From: Fidelibacterota bacterium
GTDB taxonomy: Bacteria; Fidelibacterota; UBA8477; JABMPR01
Assembly (NCBI GenBank): GCA_016844955.1
Contig: JAERTH010000058.1
Coordinates: 279-64,278, forward strand
DNA length: 64,000 nucleotides
Reading direction: 5' to 3'
Positions 28,224 to 38,289 of the stretch are shown in pieces (position 1 is the first letter of the stretch; every line of letters starts with the position of its first letter). A program made the position numbers and the translations under genes. Below the pieces are notes generated by a model. That model worked only from the letters and a program-made list of their open reading frames with translations, ran no database searches and was not told the DNA's origin.

Positions 28224-29587
28224 CCCTGATGAGATTGAATAAGTGTACGGAAATGATCACCACGAACCTCAAAATTTTCAAACTGATCAAAGCTTGCGCA
28301 GGCAGGTGAAAGCAACAGGACATCTCCGGGTTGACCATTGGAGATGCAATGTTCGATTGCTTTGTCGATGGTTTCTACTTTTCGGGTCGTGAGCGTTGAT
28401 TCAATCTGAGTATTGATGATTTCTGCAGCGGAACCAACCAGCAGGATTTCTCTGGTGGTGCCTTCCAGTTGAGAAATTAAGCTGGTAAAATCCCCACCTT
28501 TGTCTTTCCCACCTAGTATCAACCACATGGGTTGGCTAAAACTCTGGATTGCAACTTCCGTGGAGGCGATGTTGGTGGCTTTGGAGTCGTTATAGCAGTG
28601 AATGCCATTAATCTTGCCAACATATTCTATCCGATGCGGTACTGGAGAAAAGGTCATGAGGCCTTGAGCCAAAATTTCAGGAGATTCTATAAAATCCATT
28701 ACGGCTGCCACAGAGGCCAGCGCATTGCTCAAATTGTGTTGACCGGGCAGAGGAAGTGCCTTGGCTGGCAGAATGGAACTCCAGATACCTTCTCTCATCA
28801 TCCCGATAACACCCTCAGCCAGCATGGCATCAGCGCCATCCATACTGGATACTGCAAAAAAACGTGTGTTATCAGTGATGATATCGCGACGTGTCAATTC
28901 TGGATCATCACGATTGATGATAGCAGTAGAACTGCTGTCCAAATTTTTCAACATTCCCAATTTTGACTCGTAATACGCATCCAAACTGGGGTAGCGGTCC
29001 AAATGATCGGGTGTGAGATTCAAGATGACTGCTACCTGGGGTTTGAAGCTCATAATGTTATCCAACTGAAAGCTGCTCACTTCGAGAACGAATACAGGTT
29101 TCTTGGCTTTAACATTGAGACTATCCAGCAGGACTTCTGAAGCAGCGATACCAACATTGCCACCCAGGAAACTGTCATAACCGGCTGTTATTAAAAGATG
29201 ATGAATAAGGTTTACAGTGGTCGTTTTACCATTGGAACCAGTGACCGCAATAATAGGTGCATCGATAAACCAGGATGTTACCTCAATCTCAGAGTAGATG
29301 GGTATATCCTTGGCCCGAATTTTTTTGATGATGTCAGCATTCTCAGGAATGCCAGGGCTAACGACGATAAAATCACTTTCCAATACATCAGGAGAGTGGT
29401 AGCCAAATTCGAAAGTGGCATCAATGTCAGCCAAAATTTGACGTTTGTCAGCAGCGAACTTATCAGCATCAAATTCGCTGAGCAGAACCTTCGCTCCAAA
29501 GTGGCTCATGAGGCGTGCAGCCCCCATGGCTGAGCGTTGGCTGCCCAGGATGGTGACTTTTTTATCTTTTACTTCAGGTCGGGTCAT
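28211..29587 (-). CDS. murD: UDP-N-acetylmuramoylalanine--D-glutamate ligase MurD
   Basis: VTGSNGKTTT P-loop. 458 aa. dcw position. Confidence 0.93.
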   Translation of the reverse strand: MTRPEVKDKKVTILGSQRSAMGAARLMSHFGAKVLLSEFDADKFAADKRQILADIDATFEFGYHSPDVLESDFIVVSPGIPENADIIKKIRAKDIPIYSEIEVTSWFIDAPIIAVTGSNGKTTTVNLIHHLLITAGYDSFLGGNVGIAASEVLLDSLNVKAKKPVFVLEVSSFQLDNIMSFKPQVAVILNLTPDHLDRYPSLDAYYESKLGMLKNLDSSSTAIINRDDPELTRRDIITDNTRFFAVSSMDGADAMLAEGVIGMMREGIWSSILPAKALPLPGQHNLSNALASVAAVMDFIESPEILAQGLMTFSPVPHRIEYVGKINGIHCYNDSKATNIASTEVAIQSFSQPMWLILGGKDKGGDFTSLISQLEGTTREILLVGSAAEIINTQIESTLTTRKVETIDKAIEHCISNGQPGDVLLLSPACASFDQFENFEVRGDHFRTLIQSHQGWSL

Positions 29588-29588
29588 T

Positions 29589-30698
29589 TTAGCGAATCTT
29601 GAATGTTGTGAGCGTTAGAAAGGCAAACAGGATTCCCATGATCCAGAATCGAATCACAACCTTGTTTTCGTCCCATCCCTTTAACTCGAAATGGTGATGG
29701 ATGGGTGCCATGCGGAAAAGCCGTCGGCCTTCACCGTATTTCTTTTTGGTATATTGAAAATAGCGCACTTGAATGATAACGGAGATTGATTCGATGATGA
29801 AAACGCCGCCTGCAAATGGCAGCAGGAACTCTTTCTTCAACATAACCGCCACCGCCCCAAGTGCGGCTCCCAGAGCCAGCGATCCGGTATCGCCCATAAA
29901 GACCTCTGCGGGTCTAGCGTTATACCAGAGAAAACCGAGCGAAGCTCCTATGAGGGCCGCACAAAAGACAGTGAGCTCTCCTGCACTAGGGAGATATATA
30001 ATGTTTAAATATTGGCTGAAATCAGCACGGCCCGTGATGTAGGCAATCCCGGCAAAAACCAGCGCGGCAACTGCCATGAGACCTGAAGCAAGACCGTCCA
30101 GACCATCGCTGAGATTGACAGAATTAGATGTGGCTGTGATGACAAAGATGACAAAGGGGATATAAATCCAGACTGATTTAAGATCGATGACCAGGTCCTT
30201 GAAGAAGGGTAGGGTAGTTGCTGTTTTAACACCTTCAAATTCTGGATGTAAAACCATGACCGTACCTAACACAAGACCCAGGGCTACCTGTCCCAGCAGT
30301 TTGTAACGAGCGATGAGACCCTTTTTAGACTTTTTGACAGCTTTCAGGTAGTCATCGATGAAGCCTACGACACCCATCCATAAAACGGAGACCACCATCA
30401 TCTGAATGTATATGTTGTCCAAACGCCCAAAAAGCAGGGTGGGGACCAGAATCGCTCCAATTATGATGATTCCACCCATGGTTGGTGTACCAGCTTTCTT
30501 GGCATGGGTCTGGGGCCCATCTGTCCTGATGGTTTCACCGATCTGCATGGCAGTAAGCTTTTTGATAATCCAGGGACCAACAATGAAAGAAAACAAAACA
30601 GCAGTAATAGCAGCACTTGCAGATCGAAAGGAGATATAGCGAAAAACGTTGAATGCTGAGAAATATTCCTGCAGAGGGAGAAGTAGATGATACAACAT
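29589..30698 (-). CDS. mraY: Phospho-N-acetylmuramoyl-pentapeptide transferase MraY
   Basis: Polytopic, 369 aa. Contains NLSDGLDGLA, MGDTGSLALGA and PIHHHFE. Confidence 0.95.
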   Translation of the reverse strand: MLYHLLLPLQEYFSAFNVFRYISFRSASAAITAVLFSFIVGPWIIKKLTAMQIGETIRTDGPQTHAKKAGTPTMGGIIIIGAILVPTLLFGRLDNIYIQMMVVSVLWMGVVGFIDDYLKAVKKSKKGLIARYKLLGQVALGLVLGTVMVLHPEFEGVKTATTLPFFKDLVIDLKSVWIYIPFVIFVITATSNSVNLSDGLDGLASGLMAVAALVFAGIAYITGRADFSQYLNIIYLPSAGELTVFCAALIGASLGFLWYNARPAEVFMGDTGSLALGAALGAVAVMLKKEFLLPFAGGVFIIESISVIIQVRYFQYTKKKYGEGRRLFRMAPIHHHFELKGWDENKVVIRFWIMGILFAFLTLTTFKIR

Positions 30699-32065
30699 TA
30701 CTTGTTTTCCTTATAGGCTGTAATGAAAGTTTCAAGCTGCATGCCTCTGGAGCCCTTGAGATACACCAGGTCTCCAGCTTTGATTTTATTTAAAAAATAG
30801 GTGATAGCCCCTGTTCGATCTATAGAATGGAAAAATGGGCTAAATTTCAATTTATTAAGGCGATCGGCGGTATGATGAACTTCATCCCCGATCAGGACAA
30901 CCACATCAAAACCTGCTGTTATGATTTGCTCTCCTGCCTTGGCATGTGCTTCAATACTCAGGTCACCCAATTCCAGCATATCGGCAAAGATCAGCACTTT
31001 ACGCCCGGATTGTGTCATTTCTGAAATGGTTTCAAACCCTGCCTGTGCACTGGCCGGATTGGCATTGTATGCATCGTTGTAAAAATCGACACTCCCAACC
31101 TGCTCATGCTGCATACGGCCACTTTCACCGGGGTAATCTTCCAATGCTGCCTGGACTTGATCATAACGAATCCCATTTTGCAAGGCGATTGTTGAAGCTG
31201 CTGCAGCATTCAGTGCGAGTGCTTTGCCTGGGCTGGGGAGATGTGCTGAAAATTTGCTGAACTTGATATCATAGCAACCATGGTTGTCTGGACCGCTTAG
31301 TCCATAGCTGAATTCATTAGTTTCTCCAAACCCATATTGAATGGGATTGGTACAGCCCTCACCAAGCTCTGCCACCCTTGGATCATCGAGATTTACATAC
31401 GCTCTGCCAGCATGGGTTCCCAGGTACTCAAACAATTCACCCTTGGTGGTTTGAATAGTATCGATATCATGGAAGAATTCGGTATGGGCCATACTGATGT
31501 TGGTAATGAGACCCTGGGTCGGCTGAGCGATCTGACAAAGATATTCAATGTCGCCCTGTTGGCTGGCTCCCATTTCAATTACCGCCACCTCGTGAGATTC
31601 ATTCAGGCTGAGGATGGATATGGGCAATCCTATGTGATTATTGAAATTACCATCTGTTGACAAAACTGCATACCGCTTACCTAGAATGTGAGAGAGTAGA
31701 TTCTTAGAAGTCGTTTTTCCATTGGTACCAGTGATGGCGATAAGCGGTATATTAAAAAGTTTCCGGTGCGCAGTAGCAAGGTCAGCAAGTGTCTTCACAG
31801 GATCGTCTGTCATTATCAGTGGAATGGAAGCTTCCCAGGTTTCACATCCGTCCCAGTGAGTGGAGGCCACGACTGCTGAAGCGCCACGGGAAATGGCTTT
31901 TGGGATAAAGTCATGACCATCCACCTGGGTACCAACAAATGCAACGAAGAGATCTCCGACATTTAAGCTACGAGTATCAATACTGACACCGGTTATAGGG
32001 GAGTCAAAGGCTCCCTTAATTTTTATATCAGGAAGCGACTGAATAGTCTTATGCAGAATAGCCAT
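30698..32065 (-). CDS. murF: UDP-MurNAc-tripeptide--D-Ala-D-Ala ligase MurF
   Basis: ITGTNGKTTSKN P-loop. 455 aa. dcw position. Confidence 0.9.
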   Translation of the reverse strand: MAILHKTIQSLPDIKIKGAFDSPITGVSIDTRSLNVGDLFVAFVGTQVDGHDFIPKAISRGASAVVASTHWDGCETWEASIPLIMTDDPVKTLADLATAHRKLFNIPLIAITGTNGKTTSKNLLSHILGKRYAVLSTDGNFNNHIGLPISILSLNESHEVAVIEMGASQQGDIEYLCQIAQPTQGLITNISMAHTEFFHDIDTIQTTKGELFEYLGTHAGRAYVNLDDPRVAELGEGCTNPIQYGFGETNEFSYGLSGPDNHGCYDIKFSKFSAHLPSPGKALALNAAAASTIALQNGIRYDQVQAALEDYPGESGRMQHEQVGSVDFYNDAYNANPASAQAGFETISEMTQSGRKVLIFADMLELGDLSIEAHAKAGEQIITAGFDVVVLIGDEVHHTADRLNKLKFSPFFHSIDRTGAITYFLNKIKAGDLVYLKGSRGMQLETFITAYKENK

Positions 32066-33524
32066 GTTGCTCCATAAAGTGATTTACAATAATCATATCG
32101 CTATAAGGTCTGCGCTCGCCCATAATCTCCTGGTAGGGTTCGTGCCCCTTACCCAGTACAGCCACAATATCGCCATCCTGAGCTTCTGATAGAGCTGTGC
32201 TCACAGCTGAGGATCTATCCTGGATCACGGTGTAGTTGTTACGTTCTTTACAACCGGCAACGATCTCACCGATTATGGAGAGTGGTTCTTCATTGCGCGG
32301 GTTGTCATCCGTGATAATGGCTTTTGCAGAGAGACGGGTGGCGATTTCACCCATGATTGGTCGTTTGCCCTGGTCTCGGCCTCCACCACATCCAAAAACA
32401 GTGATCAGGCGATGTTGGGGATAGGTCTGCGCCAGTGTGCTTAAGACATTCTCCATAGCATCTGGAGTGTGGGCATAATCCACAAACACGTGGAAGGGTG
32501 CTGAATTATGAACCTTTTCCAGCCTTCCCGGGACTACAGGCAACGTGCGTGCAGAATTTTCAATTCTTTCAATATCGCACTCAAGTTCAATGGCCGCTGT
32601 ATAGGCTGCTAAGAAGTTATAATAATTGAATTTGCCCACAGTATTAACCTGGACGTTCCGTGGTCCATAGGGCGTGTCCAGCGCCAATTCGACACCATTA
32701 CGATTGATAGAGTGATCCAGAATGTGGTATTCCGCATTGGAGTTGTAACCATAACGAATGATCTTGGCTACACAGACTTCAATAATTTTTTCAGCATAGG
32801 GGTCATCGATATTTACGATGGCAACGGACTCTTTGGACAAGCCCTTGAATAGGAGCTGTTTGGCGGCCAGATATTCTTCCAGTGACCCATGATAATCCAG
32901 ATGATCCTGACTCAAATTGGTATAAACCGCTACGTCAAAGCTGAGCCCGTCCACCCGGTTTTGTGCCAGAGCATGGGAAGAGACCTCAAGCGTGACTGCT
33001 TTGGCCCCATGTGATACGAATTCAGCCAAAATCTCATATAGATCAGCAGATTCTGGTGTGGTATGCATGAGATCTATATCCACATCCGCCATGGCAGCAC
33101 CTGTCGTTCCGATGCGGCCAGCTGGTTCCCCACTTTCAGAGAGGAGGTGTTGAACAAAGTAGTTGGTGGTTGTCTTTCCATTGGTGCCAGTGATGGCTAC
33201 CAATTTTAGACCTTCTTCAGGATGACCAAAAAAGCTGGAAGCTATTTCTGGTAAAACCAGTCGTGAATCTTTAACCAGGACGGACACAACAGCCGCTGGG
33301 ATTTCAATCTCTTCACGATCATAGACAATCGCGGTAGCGCCCGCTTTTATGGCGGCATTAATGAATGTGTGACCATCAGTGATCAGTCCACGAACAGCGA
33401 TAAAAAGATGACCGGGCTTTACCTGACGAGAATCATAGCTTACACCAGTGATATCCTGTGACAAGTCTCCTCTGGTCTCCATGATATCAGGCACTTGATC
33501 AAGAATCTTGGCTAATTTCATCAT
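32049..33524 (-). CDS. murE: UDP-MurNAc-L-Ala-D-Glu--2,6-diaminopimelate ligase MurE
   Basis: ITGTNGKTTT and the DNPRNE motif (associated with meso-DAP-adding enzymes). 491 aa. Confidence 0.92.
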   Translation of the reverse strand: MMKLAKILDQVPDIMETRGDLSQDITGVSYDSRQVKPGHLFIAVRGLITDGHTFINAAIKAGATAIVYDREEIEIPAAVVSVLVKDSRLVLPEIASSFFGHPEEGLKLVAITGTNGKTTTNYFVQHLLSESGEPAGRIGTTGAAMADVDIDLMHTTPESADLYEILAEFVSHGAKAVTLEVSSHALAQNRVDGLSFDVAVYTNLSQDHLDYHGSLEEYLAAKQLLFKGLSKESVAIVNIDDPYAEKIIEVCVAKIIRYGYNSNAEYHILDHSINRNGVELALDTPYGPRNVQVNTVGKFNYYNFLAAYTAAIELECDIERIENSARTLPVVPGRLEKVHNSAPFHVFVDYAHTPDAMENVLSTLAQTYPQHRLITVFGCGGGRDQGKRPIMGEIATRLSAKAIITDDNPRNEEPLSIIGEIVAGCKERNNYTVIQDRSSAVSTALSEAQDGDIVAVLGKGHEPYQEIMGERRPYSDMIIVNHFMEQHGYSA

Positions 33525-35494
33525 TCACCCAAATAGATTTCTACAGATTGTCCAGCCCTCAGGGTTTTACCTGCCGCTGGAATCTGTCTTATGACCCTGC
33601 CACTTCCGTGCGGCACGGGTTTCAAGCCCATTGCATAAAGTCCCGATAGACTCATTTTCATACTCATACCCTTGAGGTCGGGCATGGTGAGCAGAGCACC
33701 GCCTGCCTTCATTACTGGCATGGTAGCACTTAATAATTGACCCTGAAGCGAAGCGCTGCTCCTGTCTTGAACAGATCGTGAGGAATTGGGGGCATCAGCC
33801 TGGAGGTAGGGCTCAGGTGTATGACCTTGGAGGCTGTAGATACGTCGGTAGATTTCTTTTGCCACTGGAGCTGCAACCATTCCGCCGGTGTAGCCACCCT
33901 TGCGAGGATGGTCAACAACCACGACTAAGGTATACTCAGGATCATCTGCGGGGTAAAAACTGGCAAAGGAAGCGATGTATTCACTTACGTATTTGCCATT
34001 TTTAAGTTTTTTAGCAGTCCCGGTTTTTCCCGCGATTTTCAGGCTTGGTAAAAAAGCCCGGGTCCCAGTTCCCTGTGAAACTGCCTTTTCAAGGATGTCA
34101 GCCATGGTGTGCATGGTGCTCTCAGAGGCTACGCGACGGACAGCATCCATCTTATCAACCTCTTGTTCATAGCCACCCGGTGTTTTGAATTTGTTGATCA
34201 ATTGGGGCTTCATGAGAATACCACCATTTGCGATGGCAGAATAGGCCATAGCCAGCTGAAGACTGGTGACGGCTACTTCGTATCCAATAGCGATTTCAGA
34301 CTTGGAAACCCTGGACCAGTATTTATTGTTCTTCAGTGATCCTTCGTTTTCGTAGGGGAATTGAATGCCACTTTTCTCACTAAAACCAAATTTACGTGCA
34401 GTGGAAAACATTTTTGATGCATCAAGTGCTTCAACAGCCTTGATGATGCCGATATTTGATGAGTTTTGCAGGACTTCTGAGAAGGTGAGATTCTCAAATG
34501 AACGCCAATCCTTAATATTAATGCCATGTATTGCGAAGCTGCCACCCTCACAATCGAATACATCCATGGGATGTACCTGGCTTGCTTCCAGTAAGGCAGT
34601 TGCCCCAACCACTTTAAAGGTTGAACCAGGCTCAAAGGCTGACATAATGGGATGAGAAGTCAGGGATGCCTGGGTCATATCAGATCTTGAGTTTGGGTTG
34701 AAGGCTGGCAAGTTGGCTAATGCAATAATTTCACCTGTGCTGGGTGCAACCAGAACTGCCATGGCACGATCAGCACCATGTCGCTCAATAGCATCGCGCA
34801 ATTCTTCCTCGATAATAACCTGAACGTCTACATCGATGGTGAGATGGCAATCATCACCATTAACCGGCTGCTGTTCTTTAAATCCACCGCGCATACGGGT
34901 ATTGCCATGGCCATCTGAGCCCATCTCTTTCCAGCCATCCAGTCCTGCAAGTTGGTGATCATAATGTGATTCAAGACCAGAAAGACCATGGTTCTCAGTT
35001 CCTACAAAGCCAATTAGTGGTGCCGCCACATCACCGTAGGGGTAATAGCGACGTACATCAGATTCAACCTGAACACCAGTTGGCAGGGGACCCTGACTGA
35101 GCTCACGTCCAATCAGAGGGGTCACATTGCGTTCCAGATAAACAAATGATTTGGAGCTGTTTAATTTTTTCAGGTAGTAGTTTTTGGATTTGTTAAAGGC
35201 TTTGCTGAATAGACGGGCAACCGCATCTCTATCTTTGACTTCACCCGGACGGGCTGCAAAAGTAAAATGCTCAATATTGTCAGTTAATTTCTTGCCATTC
35301 CTGTCGTAAAAATTTCCGCGTAGGGGAGCGATGGCAACTTTGGCTTCGAAACGAGACTCAATAGCAGCACCCAGGCTCTCAGCATCAATAACCTGTATAA
35401 AGAACATACGAAAAACCAGGACAGTCCAGATTGCAATTGACCCCAAGACTACAATGATGTAGCGCCCGCGAAATTTTTTGTAAGTCATGCTCAT
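33521..35494 (-). CDS. ftsI: Division transpeptidase FtsI (class B PBP) with C-terminal PASTA domain
   Basis: 657 aa. N-terminal TM. Transpeptidase motifs STFK, SSN and KTGT. The last ~57 aa (MPDLKGMSMK...AGQSVEIYLGE) fit the PASTA pattern. Confidence 0.9.
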   Translation of the reverse strand: MSMTYKKFRGRYIIVVLGSIAIWTVLVFRMFFIQVIDAESLGAAIESRFEAKVAIAPLRGNFYDRNGKKLTDNIEHFTFAARPGEVKDRDAVARLFSKAFNKSKNYYLKKLNSSKSFVYLERNVTPLIGRELSQGPLPTGVQVESDVRRYYPYGDVAAPLIGFVGTENHGLSGLESHYDHQLAGLDGWKEMGSDGHGNTRMRGGFKEQQPVNGDDCHLTIDVDVQVIIEEELRDAIERHGADRAMAVLVAPSTGEIIALANLPAFNPNSRSDMTQASLTSHPIMSAFEPGSTFKVVGATALLEASQVHPMDVFDCEGGSFAIHGINIKDWRSFENLTFSEVLQNSSNIGIIKAVEALDASKMFSTARKFGFSEKSGIQFPYENEGSLKNNKYWSRVSKSEIAIGYEVAVTSLQLAMAYSAIANGGILMKPQLINKFKTPGGYEQEVDKMDAVRRVASESTMHTMADILEKAVSQGTGTRAFLPSLKIAGKTGTAKKLKNGKYVSEYIASFASFYPADDPEYTLVVVVDHPRKGGYTGGMVAAPVAKEIYRRIYSLQGHTPEPYLQADAPNSSRSVQDRSSASLQGQLLSATMPVMKAGGALLTMPDLKGMSMKMSLSGLYAMGLKPVPHGSGRVIRQIPAAGKTLRAGQSVEIYLGE

Positions 35495-35790
35495 TTTAGT
35501 CTGACTCGTATTTCACGGGTTTCAGGGTCGGGCTGGATTAAGCCCAGTTTTTCTCGAGCTAATTTTGATAACTTATCTGGACGATGGAGGCGATTGCGTT
35601 CACTTTGCACCAGATTGTATTCACCACGCAGCTTGATTTCATGCGATCTGAGGGTGAGGAGTTCTACTTCATGTGCGCGTACCTCTTCTCCCAGCCACAC
35701 ATACAAAAACAATAGTGCTGCTACAACTGGCACCATGCCTATATACAGGATGGTCTTCAAGATTTCTCTGCGGGTCTCATCACGACGCAT
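35491..35790 (-). CDS. ftsL: FtsL-like small bitopic division protein
   Basis: The start is moved to ATG 35790 (MRRDETRREILK...). One TM followed by a coiled-coil-like segment. Sits between rsmH and ftsI. The ORF-track start 35865 would overlap rsmH by 86 nt. Confidence 0.55.
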   Translation of the reverse strand: MRRDETRREILKTILYIGMVPVVAALLFLYVWLGEEVRAHEVELLTLRSHEIKLRGEYNLVQSERNRLHRPDKLSKLAREKLGLIQPDPETREIRVRLK

Positions 35791-36727
35791 GAGAAGTTCT
35801 TTCAGCGACGCGCAGCTTGGCACTTCTGGCCCGTGGATTGGCAGCCGCTTCAGCTGGATCAGCAATAACCGGCTTGCCTGTAAGGCGTTTTAGCAGTGGG
35901 ATTTTCACTTCATCGTCACGCATGCCGGGCTGACGCGGTATGTCCTGGGACAAATCACGGAAATGATTTTTAACCATTCGGTCTTCCAGTGAATGATAGC
36001 TAATAACAGCCAGCCGTCCACCTGGTGCGAGCACTTTAACAGCACTATCCAGAACGGTGGCCAGAACATCCATTTCGCGATTTACTTCTATGCGGAAAGC
36101 CTGGAATACGCGGGCCAATGATTTATTCCGAAATCGTGGATCAACACAACCAGCCACTGCTTCCCGGAGCTGGTCTATTTCTATCAATCTCTTTTTGGTT
36201 CTCATATCCACGATTTTTCGCGCTATTCTGCGGCTATTCCTTTCTTCACCGAAGCGATACATGATGTTTGCAAGTTGCTCCTGCGAGTATTCATTGATCA
36301 CCGTTTCAGCAGTCAGCTCATTTGAACGGTCAAAACGCATGTCCAGGGGGCCTTCAAGGCTAAAAGCGAATCCCCGCTCCGGGTCATCCAGAGAGAAGGA
36401 GTTCAGCCCCAGATCCAGAAGGATGCCATGGACTTTCGTAATACTCAGGTCATCAAGTACCTGATCCAAATTCTCAAAGTTCGTGCACATCAAGTGCAAG
36501 CTTTGCTTAATTAAGGAAGGGTCGAATTGTGCGAGGGCAGATTCATCCTGATCGATACCGATCAGGGTCGCATCGTCATTTAGCAGTAAGGAGAGTGCTT
36601 TTGAGTGTCCACCAAGACCGAAGGTGCCATCGATATATACTCCCGATAGATCGTTGATCAGCAGCGTGCAAACCTCGTCCACCAGAACTGGCGTGTGACG
36701 AAATTTCGGCTGGTTTAATTGATTCAC
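35780..36727 (-). CDS. rsmH: 16S rRNA m4C1402 methyltransferase RsmH (MraW)
   Basis: HTPVLVDEV, DGTFGLGGHS and SYHSLEDR motifs. 315 aa. Confidence 0.95.
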   Translation of the reverse strand: MNQLNQPKFRHTPVLVDEVCTLLINDLSGVYIDGTFGLGGHSKALSLLLNDDATLIGIDQDESALAQFDPSLIKQSLHLMCTNFENLDQVLDDLSITKVHGILLDLGLNSFSLDDPERGFAFSLEGPLDMRFDRSNELTAETVINEYSQEQLANIMYRFGEERNSRRIARKIVDMRTKKRLIEIDQLREAVAGCVDPRFRNKSLARVFQAFRIEVNREMDVLATVLDSAVKVLAPGGRLAVISYHSLEDRMVKNHFRDLSQDIPRQPGMRDDEVKIPLLKRLTGKPVIADPAEAAANPRARSAKLRVAERTSHAS

Positions 36728-37185
36728 GATGATCTGGTATAGTCGTCAATGGCTTCAATATCCTCAGCATCAAGTTGGAACTCAGTTTCCTCATAGCGCT
36801 TCAGAACTTCCGGATCCCAAATTTCGATTTCGTCGATCATCCCAATAATCACAACGTCTTTTTCAACCCCGGCATGTTGCAGCAGGTTGGCTGGAATCGC
36901 AACGCGACCCTGGCTATCGAATTTGAGAGGGGTGGCAAAGCGGGTGGCCTGGCGTTTGTATGCCCGGTGCCCTGGCAGTCGGGAAGAAAGCTTCAGTAAT
37001 TCTTCCTCGATTTTTTGCCACTTGTCAAGCGAGTAAGCCACGATGTTCTCATCCAGGCCTCTGGTTACTACGAAAGTATCCTCACTTGTCTCTGGTAACG
37101 CTTTGCGAAATTTCGCAGGAATATTCACTCGACCTTTTGAATCAATTGAATAACGAAATTCGCCTGTAAATGTTTTTGTTCCCAT
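36724..37185 (-). CDS. mraZ: Transcriptional regulator MraZ
   Basis: 153 aa. Two SpoVT/AbrB-like repeats (DSKGRVNIPAKFR and DSQGRVAIPANL). First gene of the dcw cluster. Confidence 0.93.
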   Translation of the reverse strand: MGTKTFTGEFRYSIDSKGRVNIPAKFRKALPETSEDTFVVTRGLDENIVAYSLDKWQKIEEELLKLSSRLPGHRAYKRQATRFATPLKFDSQGRVAIPANLLQHAGVEKDVVIIGMIDEIEIWDPEVLKRYEETEFQLDAEDIEAIDDYTRSS

Positions 37186-37214
37186 TTCCCGTTTCAGCTT
37201 TCTAATAGGGAGAT

Positions 37215-37253
37215 TTACCCACTATTACCCATAAATTAGGTAAGATTACCCAC
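37215..37253 (-). promoter_or_regulatory. Three direct GTGGGTAA / ATGGGTAA boxes upstream of mraZ (candidate MraZ operator)
   Basis: On the + strand, ttacccac (37215-37222), ttacccat (37225-37232) and ttacccac (37246-37253). Spacings are 10 and 21 bp. They lie 30-70 bp upstream of the mraZ ATG. Confidence 0.5.
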
Positions 37254-37494
37254 AAACCAAGTAAAAAAGGCAAAAAAATGCGAAATGAATCAGAGACTCA
37301 TGGACGTTTATCAGGGATAATTGATTTATAAATTAAGCAATATTAGGCGGTAAGTATAATAAAAACAAATACAGGGAGGGTGGGAGATTGATCCTTATCC
37401 TTGCAGGCGTGCATAGGCGTGGAGCCATGTGGGTAGATTACCCACACTATTTTCTACAAGTTTGTGTAAATCGTGTGCTTTTTGGTGGGGGCGA

Positions 37495-38289
37495 CTACAG
37501 GGTGGGAAAGGTTTTTAACTGTCCACCTGTGGAATCTGCCGTAATGACCAGCCATGAATTGCTAAAAGGTGAACCAGGCAAGGTGTCCTGTTCAATAGAG
37601 AGCATCGCCGCATCGCCGGGATAGAGTTGCAATTCTGTGGAATCGCTTAGCACAAGCGACAGCGATTGACCAGGACTCTGGAAAATTGTATCGGTACTAT
37701 TCAATCCATCCAGTTTGATCACGGATAAAAAGTCTGTAGCTGTGATGGTCACACTATCAGCGTGGGCACTGAGCAATGAATCTGAAATATAGGAGGATTC
37801 CAGACTCTCGGTAATATTCATCTGTGGTAGCAGGGTATTCTGTGGTGTATGTGTGTCTGCGTCGCTGGGTTTGAGTAGGCTCTTTCCAAAAATTATAAAT
37901 ACAATCATGAGCACAATTGCACCAGCCAGCCGGGTAAAATTGCTTTGAGCGCCTTTGTCAGCCTGAAGCAGATTCTGAGCATTAGATACTGCTGCACCAG
38001 TCATATCATCGGAGGGCGATATATCAGCCATGAGGTTGTTGGCAACACCCTGTTCACCAGTCAGCTTGAGCTCATTCTCCAAACCGCGGAGAATGTCTTC
38101 TACCGGATAGTCAATGGCCACGGCATAGGCCTTCATAAACAAGCGTACATAAGGAACGGGGAGGATGTGGTAATCCCCTTGCTCCAATGCCTGCAGAATG
38201 CGAACATTGATTTTGATATCCTCAGATATCTCCTCTAAAATCAGACCTTTTTTTAAGCGATGGTTTCTTAGATCTTCATGGAATGCCAC
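37495..38289 (-). CDS. rodZ: RodZ-like cytoskeleton-associated protein (HTH + TM + C-terminal beta domain)
   Basis: 264 aa. N-terminal Xre-type HTH LKKGLILEEISEDIKINVRILQALEQGDY, a central TM AGAIVLMIVFIIFG, and a C-terminal domain. Confidence 0.7.
   Translation of the reverse strand: MAFHEDLRNHRLKKGLILEEISEDIKINVRILQALEQGDYHILPVPYVRLFMKAYAVAIDYPVEDILRGLENELKLTGEQGVANNLMADISPSDDMTGAAVSNAQNLLQADKGAQSNFTRLAGAIVLMIVFIIFGKSLLKPSDADTHTPQNTLLPQMNITESLESSYISDSLLSAHADSVTITATDFLSVIKLDGLNSTDTIFQSPGQSLSLVLSDSTELQLYPGDAAMLSIEQDTLPGSPFSNSWLVITADSTGGQLKTFPTL

Noticed and set aside
35791-35865. Longer start for the ftsL-like ORF
   Set aside because: It would overlap rsmH by 86 nt. ATG 35790 gives the typical short cytoplasmic tail plus TM layout.
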